Notes under the pieces: model-generated
The model's database searches: none
What the model was told of the DNA's origin: nothing
The model's input: only the letters and a program-made list of their open reading frames with translations
Position numbers and translations under genes: made by a program
Origin: Hydrurus foetidus
Taxonomy: Eukaryota
Direction of reading: 5' to 3'
Assembly: GCA_900617105.1 (NCBI GenBank)
Contig: UYFQ01000676.1
Location: 1-43,514, forward strand
Length of the DNA stretch: 43,514 nt
Shown: one piece after another, positions 12,048 to 22,722 of the stretch
Layout: the number at the start of each line of letters is the position of its first letter
Position numbering within the stretch: position 1 is the first letter of the stretch

Positions 12048-13775
12048 ATGTCGAAAGAAGTTCCTACTGTTCCGAAGAACTCGCCGAAGTTGGATCCTGG
12101 CAAGTCTACTACTAAAGATGAAACTCCAATCATTCGAAAGAATAACGACGATGCCGAATTCCGCGCCATGGTTACGCAATTCTGTCAGCAGAGTGTCAGA
12201 AATCAAGAATCCAACAGAGAAGACATCACAGAGTTGCGTGCAGCCATCGCTTCGTTATCAATGAAACCTGGCGATGAAAGTCCATACTCTCTTGGTGATA
12301 TTGAGACACCTGTTGCGGATCGTTCGAAAAGCGACCGACGTTCCACCATTTTCTTTGGGCAATCATTGTCTCCAGATGATAAGCAAACCTCCTCCCAACA
12401 ACCACGCATCCAGATATTGCAAAATGATATCGTCTACGATAAGGAATTGAAAGTTTCCTCACTAGAAGGACTTCAATACCTTGCAAAACAGATGCAGCTA
12501 CTAGCTTCAAAATATCCTGGTCGCGACATCAAGATGGCTCACATGGTAGCTTACAACTTAAGGCCTCATATCGTAGCCAACTGGAACTCCTTCCGTTTCC
12601 GACAGTCACAAGTGGATGGTCGTGAGTATGAAGAAGTAATGGTTGAAGACTGGCTTTCCTTCACAAATCCATCTGTTCAACAGATTCTAATCGAAGCTGC
12701 GAGACCACGCACAAAGGAGTTGTATTCGCGGGAACTCATTCTATTCCTTGGCAAAGGAATTCCACAAAGCCCCGACATCAACACCGAGAATTTCTCGAAA
12801 ATATTCTACGGCCCGCTCATGAGATCTCTCAATGATTTGCTCAGTCTGTACAACCTCCTATCTGAGGAGACATCTAAGCTCAGCAACAACGCTGCCAAAA
12901 TGCCCGTTGGTACCTATGGTACAAAAGATAGCCCTGGCCATATCTCACTCTGGATTATATCACTCGGAAGTCAAAAAGATTCAATCCTACAATGGCTAGG
13001 CAAAGATGATTTAAGCAAGCATAAAACGCTTGAGTCGGCTGTCAAGTTCGTCCGTTTCAAACTCATGGAAGGACGTTCCAACAGTGAAGCCCGGCAAGAT
13101 TTTGATTCCCAATTAACGCCTATGCGTTGGAATGAATTGCGTTCCACTCAAGGAGAGTCTCACAGCAGACATCAAATACCAGCCTTAAATCCATCTCATC
13201 AACGTGTTGCTGAGATCTCGAAGACCCGTCATCATTTTCGTACCAACTTTTCAGCGCTTGCCTCCTCAACCGACACAAACATGGATCACCAAGACAATCA
13301 TGATGATACTGGTTATAACAAAATTGACGAAGACTATGATTATGACGACATAGAAGACTCTGACTACTCTGTCTACAACAGCCATCAGAATTCTACTGAT
13401 TTAATTAATGAACGCAATCCATCCTCCCCAGACGAACCTTCATTAGCTGTGCTCACTACCACCAATCCCTCACGTGCTGCTATTGCGGCTACTTTTCGTG
13501 GTTATTGCTGTGAGCTGTTTGTATTCGGAAAATGCTCCCAGTCAAAGAATTGCACGAACGATCATTCAACGGCAGCTCAGGAGCGTTGTCTGGCTTCCTT
13601 TAATCTGCTCAGCAGACGAGAGATTGCTGCTCATGGTCAGCTACCACCATGGTCCCAAACCTCAAATACACAACCTCGTCCTGATTACCGCAAAGGGCTC
13701 ACGACACATCAGAGTTCCAATAAATTCGAACCCTTACATGGGAAAACCTTCTACCCTCCAATGAAATCAAATTAG
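12048..13775 (+). CDS. gag: gag of element B (575 aa) with CCCH-type zinc finger
   Basis: Long ORF between the 5' LTR and pol; contains CCELFVFGKCSQSKNCTNDH. Confidence 0.85.
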   Translation: MSKEVPTVPKNSPKLDPGKSTTKDETPIIRKNNDDAEFRAMVTQFCQQSVRNQESNREDITELRAAIASLSMKPGDESPYSLGDIETPVADRSKSDRRSTIFFGQSLSPDDKQTSSQQPRIQILQNDIVYDKELKVSSLEGLQYLAKQMQLLASKYPGRDIKMAHMVAYNLRPHIVANWNSFRFRQSQVDGREYEEVMVEDWLSFTNPSVQQILIEAARPRTKELYSRELILFLGKGIPQSPDINTENFSKIFYGPLMRSLNDLLSLYNLLSEETSKLSNNAAKMPVGTYGTKDSPGHISLWIISLGSQKDSILQWLGKDDLSKHKTLESAVKFVRFKLMEGRSNSEARQDFDSQLTPMRWNELRSTQGESHSRHQIPALNPSHQRVAEISKTRHHFRTNFSALASSTDTNMDHQDNHDDTGYNKIDEDYDYDDIEDSDYSVYNSHQNSTDLINERNPSSPDEPSLAVLTTTNPSRAAIAATFRGYCCELFVFGKCSQSKNCTNDHSTAAQERCLASFNLLSRREIAAHGQLPPWSQTSNTQPRPDYRKGLTTHQSSNKFEPLHGKTFYPPMKSN

Positions 13776-13842
13776 GGAATTGCGAGGCCCTCATTGACTT
13801 CCCTACAGTCAGAGGATCACCTCGCCCCTTCTTCCATAGTCT

Positions 13843-16800
13843 TTGATCCTGAAGCTATTCTCTCAAGCACTCCTCTCACAACTGGCTTCTAGTACGTCTG
13901 TACCCGCACAAGCTCTTTGTCAGCCTTTCATTCGCGCTGGTTCAGTGCAATCTAAGGACGGACTCAACCCATTCCATTTCGCTCGTGGTCTATTGGACAC
14001 TGGCGCACAAGGCAGTAACTTTGTTTCCGGTACACTAGTTCTCAGCCTACCTAAATCGCATACGCTTGCTACTCGACCAACGGATCGCATTGTCCGCCTT
14101 GGTGATGCACGTCACATTGCAGTTCAATCTGAAATCCAACTCCTGGTCTGTTTGACTGATTCCTCTGGCAACGATCACGCTCACATACTATGGTATAGTG
14201 TTCTTGAGGATCTCAGTCATGATCTTATCATTGGTCTCGTCGACCTTGTCGGACCTTTCTACGATGTATTCGCTGATGCGATAGCTTCTTCTCGAAAATC
14301 TGCAATCGGAGCTATAGGAACTAATCTTCACGCTTTAACCGCCACAATCCGTGAATCCCTACCTTGTGCTCATCTTGGCAACACAATTCGCACAGCGCAT
14401 AACCTTAGTTCCCACAGTCGATCGTACGATCTCCGAAAGCGTGCCATCTGTACTAGCTCCAATACTGATATCTACGCTGTTGCTCTGCATGACGGTTCCA
14501 GCACTGATGTCCTTTCACACCCGCGGCATGGACTAGTGTATGCTGACAACCGCGTCGAACTACAGCACAATGCACTCTCATCATTACTGACTCAACCGTC
14601 ATCAGGAGATATCCTACCACCTTGGTCGCAACCAATTGATCAAATTGCACTCGAAGAATCCGAGACGCCTGATCCAACAAGTTTCCCTGACGATATACTC
14701 ATGCTTCTCACTGTCTCAAAAGATGAGGCTCGTCATGAATACAATAAAGATTTAGAGACTCACGTCATGCCAGAAATGAGTGCCGCTCATCCCAACATCT
14801 ATCGCCTTCTCACGTCTGACCTGGCATATGATGTCTTTGTTCCTCAAACCTGGACAGGTATACATATGCCTCCATACCATCTGACCACAAAACCTGGTCT
14901 CCCTGAGTTCCTGAAAGCTCACACCCGCCCAATTCGCGATATGCTCTACCAACATGCCAAAGCAGAATTTGATCGGATGAAAACGTACTTCTACGTGAAA
15001 TCAAATTCACCAATCGCTTGCCCGTTAGTAGTTGCACCTAAAGCCACAGCACCATTCATCCGCTTGTGTGGTGACTACAGGCCTATCAACCCCTTCATAT
15101 CCATTCCACAGGAACCCATTCCACATGTACAGCAATCCTTAGCAAAAGCAGCCGGATGGAAAGTCTTTGTAGATCTTGACATGACAAACTCATTTCATCA
15201 AATCCCACTTGACGAAGCAAGTTCCAACCTTCTGTCTGTATCTACACCATGGGGTCTGTACCGTCCCCTCTTCCTTCCTGAAGGTGTAGGACCAGCATCA
15301 GGAATCCTCCAATCAATCGTCCGCCGAGTATTTATCGACTATGAAGACTGGATCATTGTCATCTTCGACAATTTTCTTATCCTCGCCTCTGACTACGCTG
15401 ATGCAGCCAAGAAACTTGACCTTGCTCTCCGACGTTGCCGCGAGCATGGACTAGTGCTCAAAATGAAGAAGTCTTGGATTGGTTCCACAAATGTAACATT
15501 TTTCGGCTATGACGTACATCCAGGAACCTGGAGCCTCTCTCAGTCTCGGAAAGATGCCATCAGTGCTCTTGTCTTTCCGACAACGCAAAAGCAAATGCAA
15601 AGCTTTCTAGGTGCTGCAAACTTTTTCCACACTCACATCCCCAACTATGCCTCATGGGCATCCGATTTATACGAGTGTACTGCCGTGTCTTTTGACTGGA
15701 AGTCTCTGACATGGCCAAAAGACTATCGCAACCTATTCGAAACATTCAAGACAGCAATCCAAGCTTCAGTCATACTACACTTCCCAGACTACAACCTTCC
15801 CTGGATCATCAGATCCGACTCCTCCGACAACGCTGTGGGTGCTGTCCTCTTTCAAGAATTCACTGATTCATCCGGTACCATCATCCATCAGCCGATCACA
15901 TTCGCATCTCATAAATATTCCGGCGCCGCAGTAAACTGGGATACCTACAAAAAAGAAGCATACGCAATTTACTATGCCGTGTGTCAATTCGGGTATTACT
16001 TAACCGGCAAAACCTTTGTTGTAGAAACTGACCATCGCAATTTAGTATGGATGGAGACAAGCCTTGTTCCTATCATCATACGCTGGCGTGTCCTCCTTCA
16101 AAGCTACAGCTTTCAGATCAAACATATCCCTGGTAAAGAAAATGGTGTTGCCGACTGGATATCCCGTATGCATCCTCAATCGACACCATCTTCAACCCTA
16201 TCGTCATCGGAGAATACACTCAGTATTCAAGAAATGTTCGCATCTGTTCACGGTCATCGATCACTCCATCACGGAGCCAAACGAACTTACCTGACTCTTT
16301 GTCAACGTTATCCTGGACATGGCATCGCACTCCGCACCATCCAAGACCTTGTAGCTGAGTGTCCGATTTGCCAAAAGGATCGAATCCCTTTTGCCACTGT
16401 ACCTTCTCCTTCACTTACTGAAACAATCCTTCACCACGTTCGCGCCGTCGGTATGGATCATGTTACAGTTACACCTCCTGACGAAGATGGTTATATCGGA
16501 TTGTTACTACTTGTAGAACATGACACAAAATTCCCCCGTGCTTATCCAGTACGCGACTACACTGCTCCTACTGTCGCAACTATTCTGTTCCAACATTACT
16601 GTACCTTCGGTGCTTATGATGCACTATACTCTGATCCTGGCAGTGCATTCACTGCAACAGTCGTCCAACAGCTCAACTCTTGGATTGGTATTCCCCATCG
16701 TATATCAGTTATTGGACGTCACGAATCTAACGGAACAGAACATGTAAATGGTATCTTCATGGGTCACTTACGCCGTCTAGTTCATGACGAACGACTCACT

Positions 16801-17568
16801 CATAAGTGGGCATCTGACACTATCTTACCTCTTATCAATCATGCACTAGCCACCACACCAAATTCCGAACTTGGCGGTCTCGCTCCAACAGAGCTGAAGT
16901 TCGGTACAATGGATCATGCCCGCTTTCAACTACCACCGCCGCTTCCACCAGGTCATTCCTACGGTGAATACGTTAATCAACTAGACATAAATTTGTCAAT
17001 AGTCCGTGCCATCACAACACAATATCAACACGAATTGCGACAAAAACGTCAAGCATCCACAACAAATCAAAACATATATCAAAAAGGCGATCTCATATTG
17101 TGGAATCCAAAAGAACATGACAAGGCGTTTCGGTCATCAAAACTTGCACCAAAACTATTAGGCCCATACACTGTAATCACACAAGACGGAAATAATATTA
17201 CCTGCCTGCACACTCAGCTCAATACAGAACACGTCTTCCACACCGACCGCATTTCCCCCTACATCGGCACAATGAGATCAGCACAAAAGATTGGACTACT
17301 TGATCGAGAAGAATACATCGTCAAATCAATTGTCGCTCATCGTGGAAAATGGACTCACCTGAAATCAATTGAGCTCCTCGTCCACTGGCACGGCTACACC
17401 TCCGATTCCGATTCCTGGGAGCCTTGGACTTCGCTCCGACTTGTCAAGGCCCTCCACGAGTACCTACAAAAGATAGGGCATACAAATAAAATCCCACTCC
17501 CCTACCGACACGATTACCTCCCTCAACAAGGTATCGATACTACTCCAAAAGCCCACAAGGGTGCTTGA
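13843..17568 (+). CDS. pol: pol of element B: PR-RT-RH-IN-chromodomain (1241 aa)
   Basis: LLDTGA; DLDMTNSFHQI; LPEG; IFDN; SDSSDNAVG; TDHRNL; HHCC; GMDH/SDPG/TEH; LLGPY; chromodomain EYIVKSIVAH..VHWHGY..SWEP. Confidence 0.96.
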   Translation: MILKLFSQALLSQLASSTSVPAQALCQPFIRAGSVQSKDGLNPFHFARGLLDTGAQGSNFVSGTLVLSLPKSHTLATRPTDRIVRLGDARHIAVQSEIQLLVCLTDSSGNDHAHILWYSVLEDLSHDLIIGLVDLVGPFYDVFADAIASSRKSAIGAIGTNLHALTATIRESLPCAHLGNTIRTAHNLSSHSRSYDLRKRAICTSSNTDIYAVALHDGSSTDVLSHPRHGLVYADNRVELQHNALSSLLTQPSSGDILPPWSQPIDQIALEESETPDPTSFPDDILMLLTVSKDEARHEYNKDLETHVMPEMSAAHPNIYRLLTSDLAYDVFVPQTWTGIHMPPYHLTTKPGLPEFLKAHTRPIRDMLYQHAKAEFDRMKTYFYVKSNSPIACPLVVAPKATAPFIRLCGDYRPINPFISIPQEPIPHVQQSLAKAAGWKVFVDLDMTNSFHQIPLDEASSNLLSVSTPWGLYRPLFLPEGVGPASGILQSIVRRVFIDYEDWIIVIFDNFLILASDYADAAKKLDLALRRCREHGLVLKMKKSWIGSTNVTFFGYDVHPGTWSLSQSRKDAISALVFPTTQKQMQSFLGAANFFHTHIPNYASWASDLYECTAVSFDWKSLTWPKDYRNLFETFKTAIQASVILHFPDYNLPWIIRSDSSDNAVGAVLFQEFTDSSGTIIHQPITFASHKYSGAAVNWDTYKKEAYAIYYAVCQFGYYLTGKTFVVETDHRNLVWMETSLVPIIIRWRVLLQSYSFQIKHIPGKENGVADWISRMHPQSTPSSTLSSSENTLSIQEMFASVHGHRSLHHGAKRTYLTLCQRYPGHGIALRTIQDLVAECPICQKDRIPFATVPSPSLTETILHHVRAVGMDHVTVTPPDEDGYIGLLLLVEHDTKFPRAYPVRDYTAPTVATILFQHYCTFGAYDALYSDPGSAFTATVVQQLNSWIGIPHRISVIGRHESNGTEHVNGIFMGHLRRLVHDERLTHKWASDTILPLINHALATTPNSELGGLAPTELKFGTMDHARFQLPPPLPPGHSYGEYVNQLDINLSIVRAITTQYQHELRQKRQASTTNQNIYQKGDLILWNPKEHDKAFRSSKLAPKLLGPYTVITQDGNNITCLHTQLNTEHVFHTDRISPYIGTMRSAQKIGLLDREEYIVKSIVAHRGKWTHLKSIELLVHWHGYTSDSDSWEPWTSLRLVKALHEYLQKIGHTNKIPLPYRHDYLPQQGIDTTPKAHKGA

Positions 17569-17622
17569 ATATGGAAAGCCCAACACCTGAGGCGAACCCC
17601 TAATAGTAAGTCCTTGTTAGTT

Positions 17623-18294
17623 TTACACAACAACATTCTCATCAATTAAATCAAACGCAAAGCAATGTGATATACAATAAAATCGCTGCGCTACATTCAA
17701 CACACTGAATAATTTAACGCCTCTGCAACCATTATCATACATATTGATCACACCATCACAAACAATTATACTCATAGCATGGTTTGGAAGTAGCATATTC
17801 TGCTTCTCCCATACCTTAGCCTTCAACGTGTCACCCTGTGCTCTCTTGATTTGCTTCAATTTACTCGTATGAGTAGGCCCTGTGCTCCTTGAAGCTCCAA
17901 AAATAATGTATCTTCCATTCACAGTCAATTTCTTCTTCAACTGCTTTGGTCCGAATCTATTATTGAATTTGATCTCACGAAACTTATATGTCCAGTTTTC
18001 ACCCCTAACACTTGCCACCTCGCAAACATGACGTAAGAAATCGCGAACTTCATCTCTACCACAACCATCTGGCAACACCGTAATGTTGTTGGCTGTCATG
18101 AATACATCCCTTGGATCCTTGGCTCCATTAACCTACACCATTTACATATTATACATATCAGCAAATAACTCAAAATTATTCAATTCAACGATTTTTCGAC
18201 TTACCGTCACCATCGCCTGCTGCTTCGCGTTCAGTGCTGACATGATCGCAAATAATACGCACATATTCTCGTCTAAACTCCACTTGAACTCCAT
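17623..18294 (-). pseudogene. Antisense cargo gene in element B, putative papain-fold cysteine peptidase-like (~223 aa, two in-frame stops)
   Basis: ORFs 18142-18570 and 17623-18099 share one frame, separated by TAA and TAG. Motifs ENMCVLFAIMSAL and NHAMSII..NMYDNG. Confidence 0.5.
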
Positions 18295-18585
18295 ATTGTA
18301 CACACTCCACCGCAAGAATACGAAATTCGCCAAAAATTGTACGTAGTATCCCCAATAAATACGAAATTTTTCAAAAATCGTACGCAGTATCCACACTGAA
18401 TACAAAAAATTTCTCCCGACACGTTTCACCGATCTTCTCACACGTTTCACCGATCGGCAATTATTGATTTTTTCTCCAAAACGGCAGAGACAAATAAAAA
18501 ATCGAAGTTCGAATAAATTGTGATTGATTACAGATTCTGAACCGCAATTAAAAACTACATCTGAATCCATCTCTCAAAACTCTCA

Positions 18586-18633
18586 CAACTTCAACTTCAA
18601 CTTCAACTTCAACTTCAACTTCAACTTCAACTT
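18586..18633 (+). repeat. (CAACTT)8 microsatellite
   Basis: Eight perfect copies. Confidence 0.95.
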
Positions 18634-18920
18634 GAAAACTAAAACATGATTCTAGGCAAATGAAGGTCCCCTGTTCATATTAAACTGGTTTCGGTGAAGC
18701 TATCGAATCTTAATTTCACACTTTGAAGGTCGTGAGTTCGATTCTCACATATAACTACTGCTAAAATGAAACCGCCAGTAATATTTTTCTTACCTCATAT
18801 CTAATTATGCTTCTACAGCGATACAACAATGTTTGCGAACTCACTGAGATGTAACAACATATTTTGTATTTATTCATTTTTTAACTCCCATAGTCTCACA
18901 TTTAACCGCGAAAGGGGTGG

Positions 18921-19322
18921 TGTTATAGCTTCCACTATTTCATAGTTTCCACTATATTGCATTCTCACACGTACGTTACATGTATGTACGTACATAGTAC
19001 ACATTGCTTGCAGCCACAGGTTTTTCGGTACCAGCTTTTCGGTACCAGTTTTTGGTTTCTCGAATACTTCAACTTGCAACTCTCGTAGTCAGCTTCTTCG
19101 ATACACCTCTCACATCTTTAAATCTTTAAACAAAACACCAAACCCAAACCGGCTTCTTTTAGCCAAACATCCTGTCCAGCGACTCTCTTGTTGCTGAACG
19201 ATCTGTGGCCGTTAGCCGCTCATCCTAGTTTGCAGTTCTCGCAAACTGATCAACAGCCCTTGCAGTTGATCCAAGAAACCCGTCCTCTCGTTTTAGCTTC
19301 TGTAAGCTACGTGGACAGCATA
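18921..19322 (+). repeat. 3' LTR of element B
   Basis: Identical to 11438-11839; preceded by the PPT. Confidence 0.95.
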
Positions 19323-20780
19323 TGTTGATCAGGATGGCAATTCAAAATACGTAATCCTGAAACTAGTGCAAAGAAGACGCTAGTGTGCAATTCACTACAG
19401 CAAGTTGTATACTCAATCAAGCATGTTCTAACACCAGAGATAGTGAAGACTGGTTACAAGCGCATTGGACAATACCCCTCATCCTTTCTTGCAACCATGG
19501 GACGCTGCACGAGACCAATCTCTGCTCGGGATATGGCCACCATGCAAGAGGCTATACCGGATATGGTCGCCATATTTAGAGCTACTGGGAATCTAACCGA
19601 GGAACAGATGGATGCAGCAGGGATTCTAAGCGTGAACGATGAAGCATCTAATGCAAGACCCAAAGACGACCGTCCATTGCATCAGCAAAGGTCAGTTATC
19701 ATAAATGCTGATGACTGCGTCGCCAAGTATAGATCCTATCAGAACTACAAAGCAGCAGAACCAGAACGAAGAGCTACCGCAATGCAGCAACGGCAAGCTG
19801 CAAAAGAGATTCGAGAGAAGAAAGCAGATGAAATTAAGGCTCGAAAGGACATCAAGGAGGTAGAAAAATTACGACGGTCCAACCTTACGCCAGAGAAGAG
19901 GAGAGCGGAGGATAAGATCAAGCGTGAAGCGAATAAGGAGGCCAAGCGAGTCGCCGCTGCTCTAAACGAAGTGCAGGAACTTCCTGAAAACAATCCTGAC
20001 GGAGTAATCGATAACGACGATGATGACAATTTATTTGACGAGCAAGAAATCGCTGAGATAAGTTCATTCTTGCATGTTGCAAATATTTGATGTTCTGCGC
20101 CAGATGATCAACCCGTGTTCTAAATTATCCCGCGAGAGCGGATTAGCTTAGCAAATTGCGTGGAGAGTTATGATGATTGTAGAGCAGTCCTCTGATTTCT
20201 TTGTCCATTTTGTTTTGTTCGTAGCCCTCATCCTCGCTCCATAATTGTCTGCTGAATTTTTGCTGTTGAGGACCGATCTGATCCTAATATATTAAACAAA
20301 ATAAATTCCAAATTCAGCTCGTTTCGTCCCGTAAATTTATCCGCAACTGAGGACGACGATGGCGAACTAGTTTGCCAAGGGGCGTCCCGATTGGTTCAGA
20401 ATCAGTTGTGTTATGGTAGTAATTGTAGCTGCCGTGGTGAGAGTTGGGCAGGTTGAAAATATGTGCGGTGGGTTCAGGATAACGGTTGGGTTCAAGATTC
20501 CGCCACCGCTGGAATCCCCCACTCAAAATAAAAAAAAGTCGAATCCGTCAAAATGTGAAATTCGACTTTTTTCATTCTGTGAAAATCACTGATCTCATTT
20601 TTATTTTCCCTGAGGGTTGAATTTTCCATTCGCAACCACTTCGGGAGGGCATTTGAAAAGTTGAATATTCAAAAAGTAAAAAAGTCAAATAAAGAAAATC
20701 GCAACCACTCTATTCTGCTGGCATATGCTTGGCATAATTTAGCCCTCCGGGGATTTTGGATTATGCTAGCATTATGCCTG

Positions 20781-22722
20781 CAAGGGGGTATAAAAGGAGA
20801 GGGGCACTTTGAGGCCTCTGGGTCCCATAAAATTTTCTCCGATGTCTCTCACTCAAAACATTTATACCCGAGATTCTTATATTGCATCTATTTCATTACG
20901 AACCACATGAAGCACATATACTCTCAACATAGAAGTCGACCTCCTGACTACAACGATTATTCTTCCCAAGCGTCACAGGCATCCCCGGATTCGCAATTCC
21001 TCGCAGCTGAAGCCAATGTAAGAAAATTTCCAAATCGATGTGCATTGAATAAGAGTTATGTCATGACTGTCGTCCATAATTTCGATGTGGCATCGCTAGA
21101 TGGACATGACGCTGTGAATCCAACGTGCACTAAGGACGTCTAATCGGTCTTAAATACCATAAAAATGCCTCCTGAGTGGTTTAGTGCATGGTGCTACTGG
21201 AATTATTACCTTTTTTCGAGTGAGTCACTAACAATCGTCTACTTCACTTTCTATCCAGAAAAATGTCTTCGGACACTGTCGATGGGGTTGAGCTGCTGAG
21301 CATATTCAAGGCTTTCCTAGACCTGAAATTTCATGATTCTGTCAGCGAATCACCCACCTCCATCAATCGGATTAACGAGTGTTTGCTCACAGAGATACTG
21401 CACTCAATGTTAGTAATGCTGTTCTTATCCCAGACGCACCAGATTTACTAAGCAGTACATTAGAAAGTCTAAGTTGATAAATGTCTTTAGAGTACACACG
21501 TAGAAAGCCTGTGATGAATTGAAATAAGAATGCAATAGGCGTTTTGTGTAATGCTAAGTCTAGACCGTCTGTGAAGCAATGCTGTCATGTAACACAAGAC
21601 TCTCTGAATGCATTTTGCACATTAGTTGAGTTCATTATGATTTGTTTGACTTAATTCACCGGTTCATCAGAATTAAACAAAATCAATACATCGGTGGTCA
21701 ATGATTGCATGTATATACTCTGAATAATTTTTATAAAAATGTAGTTTCCAACTCTAGGGAAATACAGACCCTCAGAGTGCTGTCGAAAAAGGAGGTAATG
21801 CGCAGGCATGTCGTCCGATAATGCAGAAGATCCTAAATCAGCGAGATTGGGTGTAGTATTCGTGAAATACGTCTCGGAAATCGTTGCACAACCGATTATA
21901 CTTTAATACGTTGAATATTCTGTGACCGCAAAGATAGCCTTTTATATCATAGATCTTCTCTTTCATTGCTTCTGAGTACTCATCTGTTGTATCGTTTTCT
22001 CTCTCTTTTATGAAATTAGACCAGTGCTGCTTCTTCTCTGTCATAACCCATTTCCAGAAATTTTCTGATAAATAAAGCTCCAATGATCCATACAAAATGT
22101 TGCTTTCTTCAGAAGTGCTGTCGCTCTCATAATCGACAGCCATGTCGAAAGTATCTTTGATACAGGCCAGACAGCTGAACTTCTTCCTTGACTCGTCCCG
22201 TAGTTGAATTCTTTCAGATTCGAACGCTTGAATCATCACTTTGCCAGCTCGCTGACGTTTCTCAATTGAGCCACTCGTGCCGCCAATCGCAACTTTTTGG
22301 TATAGTTCAAAATAGGCAGCACAAAAGCCGTACAGCAAGACGATGATGTCATTACTCGACTCTGGGACACTCATGCAGCTTCTGAAAAATCCCCAAAAAA
22401 TGCTTCTTCGCTGCATGTTAAAAGGGATGCATTCGAAGAGGTTTTGAACGGTACTCCTAAAGATACCATCTTCCTCTGTGAAAACCTCCATGGTCAACTT
22501 CCTCATGATGAAAAGCTGTCGATAGTCTACAACTGAGGCAAGGCTTTGACTGAAGTTTGGTTGCAAGGAAATTTCTCAGGCGGGAGGGAAATGAAGAGAA
22601 TCTTTCAAATAATTAGATGCAGTATAAGAATCTCGGGTATTAATTTTGAGTGAGAGACATCGGAGAAAATTTTATGGGACCCAGAGGCCTCAAAGTGCCC
22701 CCTCTCCTTTTATACCCCCTTG
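20781..22722 (-). mobile_element. P-element-like non-autonomous transposon with ~110-bp TIRs
   Basis: TIR CAAGGGGGTATAAAAGG.. at 20781-20890 and about 22614-22722; 7-bp TSD ATGCCTG at 20774-20780 and 22723-22729. Confidence 0.85.
21651..22566 (-). pseudogene. ORF in the P-like element resembling the C-terminal region of P transposases
   Basis: 242-aa ORF with YDIKGYLCG; continues after a frameshift as YLLFRQHSEGLYFPRVGNYIF (compare YIAGY...GGLxxPS). No catalytic core seen. Confidence 0.5.

Larger units (their letters stand above)
11438..19322 (+). mobile_element. Ty3/gypsy chromodomain LTR retrotransposon B, full length, recent
   Basis: 402-bp LTRs with no difference seen; TSD TGTT at 11434-11437 and 19323-19326; long open gag and pol; PPT GAAAGGGGTGG at 18910-18920. 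Confidence 0.96.
10232..20090 (+). pseudogene. DDD transposase of the pogo-like element, interrupted by gypsy B (parts 10232-11437 and 19327-20090)
   Basis: FNWDATQ, VVCDG and ITQASD motifs resemble pogo/DDE_1 FNxDETG, LDG and LQPLD. The halves rejoin at the TSD, with one extra 1-nt frameshift near 19345. Confidence 0.8.
9971..20511 (+). mobile_element. pogo/Tc1-like DDD DNA transposon with 44-bp perfect TIRs
   Basis: TIR CAGCGGTGGCGGAATCTTGAACCC.. at 9971-10014 and 20468-20511, flanked by GAATCC on both sides. Confidence 0.9.
9884..20711. mobile_element. ~280-bp MITE with 3-bp TSD (PIF/Harbinger-like), split by the pogo-like element
   Basis: TIR AGAGTGGTTGCGATTTTC.. of about 28 bp at both ends. 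TSD ATT at 9881-9883 and 20712-20714. Removing it restores the hAT left TIR. Confidence 0.82.

Noticed and set aside
20314..21143. ORFs 20314-20526 and 20661-21143
   Set aside because: They cross TIR/TSD boundaries of different elements and have no recognisable motifs.
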